Source: Ginkgo biloba (lineage: Eukaryota; Plantae; Ginkgophyta). Taken from it: a stretch of 18,071 nt of DNA. Below the pieces are notes generated by a model. It saw nothing but the letters and a program-made list of their open reading frames with translations. It made no database searches and was not told where the DNA came from. Where the stretch lies: assembly GCA_024626585.2 (NCBI GenBank), contig JANKJI020000002.1, forward strand, positions 17,071,363 to 17,089,433. The letters are read 5' to 3'. This document shows positions 1 through 9,788 of the stretch, in pieces. A program made the translations under genes and the position numbers. Each line of letters begins with the position of its first letter. Positions within the stretch are counted from its first letter, which is position 1.

Positions 1-550
1 TTCTATCTCTCCATAAGTTTAAATTCCTCTGCCCCATTGTATCTGCCATGGGATGCTCATTCAACACTCTTAAAGTTATGCTGCATGTGGCCCTCTATGC
101 CTATTTATACCTGTGGTTCTTTTGATATGTGTCATCCCACATTCATTCAATTTTTCCCTACTATAGGCTCCTCATGTTTAATAAATTCATAACACTATAG
201 ATTAAAAAAATTAGGGTTTTAACCACATAGAGGTATATGTAAAACTATAAACTTTAGAAAAACCTATGAAAACACACTACAAGCATACAATGACCATAAT
301 GTTACAAAACATTTCTTATATATTTTAGGTTAGGGATAAATAGGGTTTTAAAAATACATAACTATAACCAAGGCCAAGGATTTGGATTTTTAAATCCCAA
401 GAAATACCAAAAAACTATACTGACTTCAAACATAAACCCTTAACATAAAACCACCCTGAAATATGTAGTCCACAAGTTAATAGAGAAATCCCAACTAGAT
501 CCAAACCATAAGACACTAGCTATAATTGAAACCAGAACTCAGGTCTCTAG

Positions 551-562
551 GATTTGATACCA
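551..562 (-). mobile_element. Primer-binding site (tRNA-iMet type) of an LTR retrotransposon
   Basis: Minus strand reads TGGTATCAAATC, 10/12 to the canonical plant PBS TGGTATCAGAGC, and directly abuts an LTR-like segment. Confidence 0.5.
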
Positions 563-881
563 TATAGAAATTTCGAATGAAAAGGATACACTTCAATAAT
601 AGAATAACTAGAATAAAGCCACCAAATAACACATTGGAGAATAATCTTTTATTACTGTGGCACAAACTTACAACCCACAAACTAACACTGGGGACCTATT
701 CTAACTAAGAACATAAAATACACCAATAACACATCTCTAATATAAAGAAAATATTGTAACTCTTCAATTCTGACCCTTTACATTCCATATGACCCTTGAC
801 ATTCAACTTTCTAACCCTTTCAAATTTCCCACTAACCCTTAAACTAGAATATTGAACTTAATTTTGATTTATTTCCCAATA
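563..881 (-). mobile_element. Candidate degenerate 5' LTR (~320 bp)
   Basis: Lies between the end of pol homology (~895) and the PBS. The minus strand has a TA-rich box and an AATAAA. Ends read TATTGGGAAAT...ATTTCTATA, which would be TG...CA termini each altered by one transition. Boundaries are inferred. Confidence 0.4.
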
Positions 882-894
882 AAGAGTAATTGAT

Positions 895-1990
895 TTTAGT
901 AGTCTTGATAATATGTTGTGATCTTATTTATCACCCCCTTCTTCTACTTGATGACAATGTTGAATTATTGTAGGCATGACATCCATTTGGCGTGCCTTGC
1001 TTGCTATAATTTTATCAATGTCTGTAAAAATTAAAGCAACTTATGATTGGTGTGCATCATCATCTTATTATCCAATATGTATACCCTCCAATTCTTCATT
1101 ACTTTATGCATAAAAATATATCCTTGTTGTATATCAGATAGTTCAGAATAATGCATGGTANNNNNNNNNNNNNNNNATTATAATGACATGCAATCAATAT
1201 CCCTTATTACATTAGAAAAAAATCCTAATGCATTAACTTCAATATTAAATGGATTCTATAGATATGGAAGAAACAACATCTTTCCTTCATAAATAGTTTT
1301 CTTCAAGGTTTTATATGCTTGTTCTTGGGCCCTTATATAAAACCCCTTCATCGCTCCCTTTGTTAATGCATGCAATGGTGCTGCAATGNNNNNNNNNNNN
1401 NNNNNNNNNNNNAAAATGTGAGGGATAAAGTTGCAAAGATAATGGAAAGATTTGATAAAGATTATTACCTCAGTCAAGTTTTTTGACCTTGGTGAAGTCA
1501 TGATGATCTAGATTTTGGCATGGTTTAGTTGATCGCCACTAATCAAAAAACACAAGTATACCAATGTATATTAGCCAAAGTATCACTTGTTTTCATTGAG
1601 ATGTAACTTATTCCTTTGAAAAGTCTTGATCACCTACTCCAAGTGACCAACATGATTCTCCAATATCTTACTATAGATGAGGACATCATCTAGGTATAAA
1701 ACAAAAAAAAGAGTCATTAAAAGGTTGGATAACCTCATTCATGAGCCTCATAAATGTTGCATGTGCATTGGTAATCACAAATGGCATCACTAACAACTCA
1801 AACAATCCATTCTTAGATTCAAAAGTTGTTTTCCTCATTTATTCAAACCTAATGATATCTAGATTTAATGTCCAATTTAGAAAAATACTTGGTATTTAAT
1901 TCTTATTTTGCAGTAGTTAAATATAATTCCTATTCCTCACAACTATCCTTTAACCTACACAATATGAACTATGATGCTTTGGTTGATCAA
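895..1990 (-). mobile_element. Highly degenerate Ty3/gypsy pol remnant (reverse transcriptase + RNase H)
   Basis: Hand translation of the minus strand gives [51 protein letters not shown] (YLDD at 1685-1696), IAAPLHALT, KNWRVYIL and QARHAKWMSCLQ*FNIVIK*KKG. Many stops and frameshifts. Confidence 0.87.
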
Positions 1991-2586
1991 ATGGCCCATC
2001 TATTTATAGGTATAAAACCCCCTTATCTTACCCCAATATCAATTGTTCTTATCTTTATTATGTGTTAATTGTCAAGTCAGGGTTCAATTCGAACACTTTC
2101 CTACTAGATGTCAAACTTCTAATAAATAAATACGAATAACACTTCTATATCAGTCAATTACATACAAAGAGATAGCTTTGGGAAATGAATAACAATACAA
2201 AACTTAATTAGCAAAACATTTCTATTGTCAGTATTTAATTGTTAAATTGTGTCGTAGTTATAGGTTGCTCCATGTCGAGACGTGTCTTGCCACACAGAAT
2301 CTTCTTGTCATGCTCCATTCACATGGTACAATTCGTTTGTTCAAAATCCACCATACATTATCCGACCCTTGGACTATGATTACTTCCACGTAATCAAGTT
2401 TCAATTGAGGGTGTTGAGGTGGATGGTGGAGTTGGTGCTTCGGCTGGTTGGACCTAGTGAAGAACGTAGTGGACACAATCACGGANNNNNNNNNNNNNNN
2501 NNNNNNNNNNNNNNNNNNNNNNNNNNNNNNNNNNNNNNNNNNNNNNNNNNNNNNNNNNNNNNNNNNNNNNNNNNNNNNNNNNNNNT

Positions 2587-3333
2587 TTCATATATTATTT
2601 ATAGCTAGTTGACTAGGAGGTGATTGATATCAAAGGCTCCTATGAGCCACACAATGCCAATGATAAGATCTTGATATGACCCTTTGGTGATATTGTTAAG
2701 TTCTACCTTTACAAGTGCATTAGGATTGACTTTGATGAGTGATTATTCAAATAAGTAGAGGGCCATATCCTTTCCATATTTTTTAAACCAATGATGTTCC
2801 TACTCCAAATTGATTAGTTCCCTTGCATTGGGTATTTTGAAGAGTCTTTCCATTAGGTTGGCATCAAATGAGACAGTCCTTCCTTCAATACATAATTCCC
2901 CAAGATTGATAATGTGAATGATTACTTGGATTACATTTTTTGGGTGAAATATCTTGGGTAGCAAGAGGATGCAATGTCTGTGAGTTTTTTCAATGACCTA
3001 CCTGAATGAGTCTTAGGTAGGAGTGAGTTGGTCTACAGAACCTATGTTATAGGTCACTCATGAAAATTTGTCAATTCCTTTAGGGATGGCATCATTGACA
3101 TTAAATACTATATAATTCTCCATGGCAAGGTTTGAAAATGCTAAATAATCACTTAAGAGGATTAATAATTTTTCTCATTGTGAGGATGAAGGGATATTTG
3201 GCTTGTACCATTTAAGTGATTTTTCCTTCTTGGAGGATTTTTATAGCCTCTATGTCCTCAAAATAGGAGTGGGACACATAAGATTTGAAGAATGGTGTAT
3301 CACCAAGTGATATGAAATCATGGGAGTGGTCAT
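2587..3333 (-). pseudogene. Decayed ORF of an unidentified protein family (copy 1), probably a retrotransposon accessory ORF
   Basis: One frame of 249 codons from ATG 3333 to the contig edge, with about ten in-frame stops and no frameshift. Aligns without gaps to 10035-10550 (DAIPK, WF, SLI, KV, SY, GI and LV motifs). Confidence 0.65.
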
Positions 3334-3696
3334 GTAGTTAAAATCCAAANNNNNNNNNNNNNNNNGCTATCTATATGACTACTTTAATATTGATTAAGGG
3401 GAGTGGCTACTATTGTGGGTGGTCAATTTGATATCTTAGCCACACGTATTCCACCATTGGTTTAAACTCCTTGTCATGTTTGACATAAATTCCTGACATG
3501 GGATAGTACTTGAATATTGACTTGTCATTATGATAGTAGGTTTATGATGATGAAGGAGATAATTTCATACTTTTTCTAATGAAAGATGGTGTGTTTATTC
3601 AACACTTATGGTGTTTCCTAGGTTGATAGAATAATAGTCATAGAAGAATCATTGGTTTTGATAAAATTATTACGATTCATGCATGCTTAGTAGCTA

Positions 3697-4214
3697 CAGG
3701 TGTTTAAGTACACATGAACAGATGCAAGGGTGCATAATCATGGATACCATCCTTTTTATTTACTTACACTTTATAGTTTTCAAGTGATGGGTTGCACGTG
3801 ATTGATCACAAGAGTATGTCATTATATATGGCTTCTTTTATTTTTCCTTTCACCTCTAGAGTGAGTAAGTTATGGTTTATGTGTGATTGGTTGTGAGAGT
3901 GTACCATCATGGATGGATTATTTTCTTTTTCATTTCACACTTAAAGTTCCTAAGTGATGGTTTGCACATGAATGGTCATAAGAGTACGTCATCGTGGATG
4001 AATTCCTTTTTTTTTCTTGCACCTTAGAGTGCGTAATTGATGGTTGTGCACAACTAGTCACAATATTGTGTTATCATAGATGGATTCATTTATTTGTTCT
4101 TGCATATTGATATGTGCAAGCGATGGTTTCACATGAATGGTCACAAGAATACATCGTCACAAATGATTTCCTTTCTTTTTGTTTTCATCTTAGAGTGCAT
4201 AAGTAATAGTTGCA
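3697..4214. repeat. Degenerate tandem array, 83-85 bp unit, about 6 copies, runs into the gap
   Basis: AAGTGATGG-like unit starts at 3782, 3867, 3952, 4035, 4118 and 4201 (spacings 85, 85, 83, 83, 83), with a weaker copy from about 3697. Confidence 0.82.
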
Positions 4215-4491
4215 NNNNNNNNNNNNNNNNNNNNNNNNNNNNNNNNNNNNNNNNNNNNNNNNNNNNNNNNNNNNNNNNNNNNNNNNNNNNNNNNNNNNNN
4301 NNNNNNNNNNNNNNCTTGTTTCTATAGAAAACAAAAATGGTGAAAGGCAAACACTTCCATCTTATTGATAAATCTTCAATTGACATATTAGTAAATGAAC
4401 AATGTAGTCCAATAAAACAATATAACTAAATAAAAAATAATAATTATTAAAAAACAATTATAGAAACAATTACAATTGAAAAGCTTCCATG

Positions 4492-4933
4492 AGTCAACCA
4501 AAGTTACTTCATTGTGAGCAACGGCAAGGTCCTCTTTATATTGCCAATCGTTGGATTGAAAATTGAAATGAAACATGTAGCTTAGTTTGAAATCCTTTGA
4601 TTGCAAAATGGAAACTTCAACAATCTTTGAATACTTGAATACAGTTTAGAAGCTAAAAATTATTTTAGAATACTATAGCAAATCTATGTATTAATTGCAA
4701 ATCTCTCCTACCCATAAATTCAGGCACTCTAGTCAAGAGTCTTTTGACCATACCACTGAATTCTGTCACAGACTCTTGTACGCGGATTCCTCTCCTTTTT
4801 GCCACATTTTTATTTTTCGAAAAAGATCGATGACGATTGCAGATGATCTCATGATGATATCAGCTGAGCCTGAATATCAGAATTAGTGGACCAGGTCGTA
4901 TAATCATCCCCTGGTTTTCCTTGATAGTTGACC
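4492..4933. promoter_or_regulatory. W-box cluster plus CGCG box upstream of the LRR-RLK
   Basis: TTGAC[C/T] on either strand at 4492-4497, 4731-4736, 4744-4749 and 4928-4933; ACGCGG at 4780-4785. Motif matches only. Confidence 0.4.
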
Positions 4934-5329
4934 TCGAACGAATTATGAGGATGTAAGGAAGCAACTAATGAAATTTGGTTCACACCAGCGGCCATGCAAT
5001 CGGGTAGCTAAATGCTTGGGGCAACAAGACAGACTGCTACCTTTTCAGGCCTGTGAGTTGAGCTGCATCTGTAATTGTTTATTATTATTAAAATAGCGAA
5101 AGGGGTTTCATATTTTGCGAGAAGATGAATTTATGCAGTATACGTATTGCAGACGATTTTGATGCTTTAAATTGTTTTAGCATATATCGACATGCTTCTT
5201 CAGCTTCCTCATATTAGTAGTTCAGTTCCCAATTTGGTTAATTAGGATTCCATGATTGGAAAAGCTACAGTCCATTGTGATGAAATTCTAGGTTGAACGC
5301 TTATAAGAATTATCAGACACTTAAGAAAA

Positions 5330-6348
5330 ATGCTTCAGCACAGAAAAAAATCTTACTGGCCTCTAAATTTCATTGCTGCCCTGTTCCTACTGAGTTTATT
5401 GTGTATTCGGTCAGGTCAAACCGAGTCGTTTCAGGCAGAAACACTGTTGAATTGTAAGAAAAGAATCAACGACGAATTCGATGCCATACATGATTGGCAG
5501 AATTTTGTATCACCTTGCAATTGGACTGGTGTTATTTGTGATTCCTCCAATACATTTATCAAGGGCCTTAATTTGAGCTACAGAGGGCTTGCAGGCTCTC
5601 TGTCCCCTGTAATCTGCCAGCTTCCAAATCTTACAGACATAAAGCTTGCAGGCAACAATTTTCAGGGACCTTTTCCAGTGTGGCTATCCAATTGTTCTCG
5701 ATTAGCAAGCTTGATTTGAGTTTTAATGATTATTGGGGTCCCTTACCCCAAGCTATATCTAATTTTCACAGTTTGACCTATTTGGATGTTTCAACAAACA
5801 ACTTTTCAGGACCCATTCCAGGAAGTATTGGAGAACTTCCAAAGCTTGAGTACTTGAATGCCTCAGTTTGCCAGTTTAGTGGTGCAATTCCATCCCAACT
5901 TGGAAATCTTTCAGAGCTGACTACTCTGTTTCTTTCATGGAATTTCTTCAGTCCTGAATCTCTACCCCCAAGCTTGAGTAACTTGACTAAACTGCAAATA
6001 TTTAGCTGTGCAAGTTGTCCTCTATCTGGAACCATCCCAACTTGGCTTGAAAAGTTGAAAGAGTTGAAAATTTTGGAACTCTCATATAACAATCTATCCG
6101 GAAGTATTCCTAAGGAGCTCATGCATTTTCCAAAGCTGCAGCAGCTGGAGCTGTACATAAATCAATTGAGTGGTGAGATTCCTGCAGAGATTGGGAACCT
6201 GACTTCCCTAACTGATCTTGATCTGGATAGCAATTACCTCACTGGGCCCATTCCAAAGGGGATCACTTTACTGAAAAATTTAGGTCTTTTGCACCTCTGG
6301 AACAACAGTTTGACAGGTGAGATACCTGAAGCTCTTACTGATCTTGAT
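5330..6348 (+). CDS. LRR receptor-like kinase, HAESA/HSL-like (LRR-XI), N-terminal part; 1-bp frameshift near 5707 (pseudogene or assembly error); truncated by gap
   Basis: Hydrophobic signal peptide (FIAALFLLSLLCI), LRR N-cap (DW...SPCNWTGVICD) and about 11 plant-type LRRs (LxLxxNxLSGxIP). LFLSWNFFSPESLPPSLSNLTKL and LQQLELYINQLSGEIP resemble HAE/HSL repeats. ORFs 5330..5719 and 5680.. join into CSRLAKLDLSFN if one base is restored. Confidence 0.93.
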
Positions 6349-6448
6349 NNNNNNNNNNNNNNNNNNNNNNNNNNNNNNNNNNNNNNNNNNNNNNNNNNNN
6401 NNNNNNNNNNNNNNNNNNNNNNNNNNNNNNNNNNNNNNNNNNNNNNNN

Positions 6449-7063
6449 TGTTTTATTTGCCTTATGCTTCAAAACAAATGAGTAACTTTGTAGAAATTCA
6501 ACCAATTTTGCATGTCTCAAATTTAGCTTACCTTGAGAGTTTAGAAACTTCAAGGCTTGATGGTCAGTGTACAAAATGAACTCCTTGGGCAATAAGTAGT
6601 GTCTCCAAAATCTTAGTGCTTGCACCATGGTGTAGAACTCCAAATCATACCCAGAGTACTTCTTCTTGGCTTCATTTAACTTCTCACTAAAGAATGCCAC
6701 TAGTCTGCCCTCCTGGTTGAGAATTGCTCCTATGCCAACTCCCGAAGCATCACATTCCACCTCAAACACCTTGCTAAAATTTGGTAATGCCAAAATTGGT
6801 GCTTTCGTAATCTTCTTCTTCAACAATTCAAAACTCCTTTGGGCTGCGCTTGTCCATTGAAAGGCCTTCCCCTTTATGCAATATGTCAATGGAGCTATTA
6901 TGCCACTGGAATTCCGAATAAACTTATGATAAAAACTTGCCAAACCATAAAAACTCCTTACCTTTGTTATGCTACTTGGTTCTAGCCACTCCAAAATTTC
7001 CCTCACCTTCTCTTCATCCATCTTCAAACCATCTTAGAAAACCATAAATCCCAAGTATACCAA
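6449..7063 (-). mobile_element. Ty3/gypsy (chromovirus, CRM-like) pol fragment: RT C-terminus + RNase H
   Basis: LVYLGFMVF*DGLKMDEEKV, VRSFYGLASFYHKFIRN, FEVECDASGVGIGAIL, VAFFSEKL, WRHYLLPKEFILYTDHQALKF. One stop at 7034-7036, otherwise open to the gap. Confidence 0.93.
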
Positions 7064-7146
7064 AATTCTCTAAAAGAATTCGATGTGAAACTGCAAACGT
7101 TACCATTTGAATTTAGTCTAATGTAACGACCAGTGGAAAGTAGCCC

Positions 7147-7238
7147 TTAAGCATGGATTTTTCATTATCTGAATTTCTAGTTTTCATCATAGTTAAGCAT
7201 GGATTTTTTATTCTCTGAATTTCCTGCTTTTATTAGAG
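7147..7238. repeat. 46-bp tandem duplication
   Basis: 7147-7192 and 7193-7238 both begin TTAAGCATGGATTTTT; 38/46 identical without gaps. Confidence 0.85.
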
Positions 7239-7573
7239 TACATCCAGAAACAGAAGAAACTGTTTGACCGAGAAGAATTGTCTCCCTGCCAGAGAAGCCA
7301 GTACTTACACAGCAAATTTCAAGAAGCGAGCAACCACTATTGCAGTGGCCATGATATCTAGATGAAAACGGCTTACAATGGCACTTTTGGCAAACTGTAA
7401 TCTCTAAGCTTTATATCCAAATCACAACTGTTCGCTATCAGAAAACACTACAAAGTTTTCATAACTTTATAAACCCCAAATAATATACAAAGCTAAGTGA
7501 GAAATCTCATATGTTATTGGAAACAAGCAACATTGATGGAGGAGGATATACTTAGGAGACATTGATCTGCATC

Positions 7574-7670
7574 TCATTTTTCTGGCTTAGAAGCATTGTC
7601 CAATTGATAGGTATTTTCAACTTCCAAGAGCATTTTGACCACCTCCTTCATTGAGGGACGTTTTGATGGC
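7574..7670 (-). CDS. C-terminal end of a receptor-like kinase (subdomain XI and tail); 5' truncated by gap
   Basis: PSKRPSMKEVVKMLLEVENTYQLDNASKPEK* matches the PxxRPSMxxVVxML motif that ends plant RLK kinase domains. Confidence 0.82.
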
Positions 7671-8399
7671 NNNNNNNNNNNNNNNNNNNNNNNNNNNNNN
7701 NNNNNNNNNNNNNNNNNNNNNNNNNNNNNNNNNNNNNNNNNNNNNNNNNNNNNNNNNNNNNNNNNNNNNNATTTCACTTTGCCTTTTCACATTGGCTAGC
7801 CAAACTAGAGGGGAATGCACTTAGGGGGTGGTGACTAATCTTTAATCAAGTGAGACATCCTGGGGGGTGAGCGGGGGTGAGATAACTCTTAGAGAATCCA
7901 GGAAGGGAATATCTCCCAAGAGATGATTCCTTTTAATATTGATTTGAATTATGATCTACTTTGACTCTCCTAGGCATGACAAAACTTCTCGAGATCACCG
8001 AGATAGGCCTTAATTTATCACATACCTTAAGAAGCTTTAAGTGACCAAGTGGGTCCCTTTCTCAATGGACATGCTCCTGGTCATTTTTTATTCTCTTGGA
8101 TGATCTAGGAGTGCTTCTATCTTGATAGGAGATATATCATTCCTCATTAAGCCCATCCTACTTGATACAATCTTCTCTTGATCACACAAGGACTATATCC
8201 AACTCCCAGAAGATAACCTATTTCATGACCCTTGTGTAAACGATGAAAAGGAGAAGGAAGAGAGGGAAGGAACATGTGCCAAGATGAGATATATAAAAAA
8301 TTATCCTAGTTTCCTTCACCTTTTAGGTGAGATAAGATATTACTACAAGTTTCATGAGCAAAAGTAGGAAGAGTCAGTATCAAAGATACCTCTAATGAA

Positions 8400-9018
8400 A
8401 TGTACCTACTATATCCATTTAGGAAATGCCTAAATCTTCTCCATCTTCAAGTACAAGTCGAGCCATGCTGTGACAGTCTGTTTTTCGAGACTCGGGCTGA
8501 GATTTACTTGGAAGCTGTTGGAAACTTGAGGGATGACAATCAAACTTTCTATAAATGGGCGACCCTTCGGTGAATGGGGGAGAACAATAACAATGACGGC
8601 CAGGAGTGGAATATGTTGAGAGGGTGGATATCATCAAAGATGTGCCTTTGCGTATCTTTTGAAAAGGGAAGCTTTCTTTCACAGGGGCAAAAGGAATGGA
8701 TGGAATTGGAAAGAAAGACTGGAGATGATCATGGAAGACGAAGGAGGTCTTCGCTCTCCTTCTCCTGAATAGGTCGGGTTGTTCCTGTCTCTAAGTGATC
8801 CGCTAGCATCATTAATGACGGGGGAAATGATGAATGAGTCTAGCTGGGGATGCGAATTGATTGTCGAACATGAGTCGCAGATCTTTGCTTTTAGACAGAG
8901 TGATTCACTTATTGCTTTCAAAAATAATTATGCATACCCATCCATAGCCATGTTGAGCAGCTTATGGATCATGGTTTCTCTCTTGAATCACAAGATGACT
9001 AGGATATATGAGACGTGA
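8400..9018 (+). pseudogene. Possible decayed ORF of unknown identity (~200 codons)
   Basis: Frame from ATG 8400 is open to 8768 except for TGA 8571-8573. A second frame is open from about 8710 to 9018 except for TAG 8770-8772. More GC- and CpG-rich than flanks; no recognised motif. Confidence 0.3.
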
Positions 9019-9205
9019 TACCTTCCCGCTTGCATAGGAGCATGACTCACTCAAAGGAAGAGTCTTCCCTAATAACAAAAAGCTACCTTTATTGGTGAAG
9101 AACTTGCCATTTTATTTGATGGTGTTATCTTCGTCACTAGTTGTTGTTAGGCTTATTTTAATTTGATCTTCTCCTTTAACTGCTTGTAATTTGTTCATAA
9201 GGGGG

Positions 9206-9386
9206 TGATGCTTATACCCACCACTTTGAATAACCATCTTTGATATACATCCTTAATTAGAAGTGAAAATAAAATATTTTACAATATGTTACCTTGAATT
9301 ATGCATTGCACACTACTCTGGTCTCCATATGAGTTCTTTCCATATTTGATGTATTTTATACCTAACTATGTGTGAATGCCTCATCA
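9206..9386 (-). mobile_element. Candidate short or truncated 3' LTR
   Basis: Begins 3 nt after the minus-strand PPT GAAGGGGAGG (9390-9399); bounded by inverted termini TGATG (9206-9210) and CATCA (9382-9386). Confidence 0.4.
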
Positions 9387-9678
9387 ACACCTCCCCTTCA
9401 GAAATCTTTTCCCTAAAATCTTTGTTAACTCTGGGTGTTGTTCAATAAATGACTCATCTTCATAGGTAGCATCTTTTGGCGGTAACTTCTTCTATTTGAC
9501 GTGAAACTCTGTAATCTACTTATTGCAGAGTTATCAGTGGAATTCCTCCAAAATTGATTCGGGTCCTAGTTTCCGTCAACCCTCCTTATCTAGCTCTAAA
9601 AGCTCAATTTATACAATAATATTTTTTTCAATGACCTTTTTAAAGTAGGACACGTGAAAAACATTATGAATATGAGAG
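9387..9678 (-). mobile_element. Degenerate chromovirus integrase C-terminus/chromodomain with polypurine tract
   Basis: SHIHNVFHVSYFKKVI...PESIL...EFHVK*KKLPPKDATYEDESFIEQHPEL followed by GAAGGGGAGG; several stops. Confidence 0.85.
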
Positions 9679-9788
9679 NNNNNNNNNNNNNNNNNNNNNN
9701 NNNNNNNNNNNNNNNNNNNNNNNNNNNNNNNNNNNNNNNNNNNNNNNNNNNNNNNNNNNNNNNNNNNNNNNNNNNNNNGTGTAGGGCT

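Noticed and set aside
205-460. TAGGGTTT/AAACCCT telomere-like motifs
   Set aside because: Scattered single copies, not a tandem TTTAGGG array; compatible with a retrotransposon leader region.
3697-4214. Regularly spaced repeats as a CRISPR array
   Set aside because: Whole units are homologous with no unique spacers, there are no cas genes, and the context is a plant genome.
5053-5291. Possible 5' UTR intron of the RLK (GTGAGT...TTCTAG)
   Set aside because: Plausible, but alternative donors and acceptors lie nearby and it cannot be supported without transcripts.
5778-6158. 126-aa minus-strand ORF
   Set aside because: Antisense shadow of the LRR coding sequence, with no independent motif.
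6449-6579. C-terminal extension of ORF 5680..6579 after the gap
   Set aside because: Artefact of reading through Ns; it is the antisense of gypsy RNase H.
6666-6860. 64-aa plus-strand ORF
   Set aside because: Antisense shadow of gypsy pol.
5680-7027. LRR receptor next to RT/RNase H as a fused or coupled system (integrated domain, retron-like or DGR-like)
   Set aside because: The two are on opposite strands of different contigs separated by a 100-N spacer. The RT-RNase H is ordinary gypsy pol, and no template/variable repeat pair is visible.
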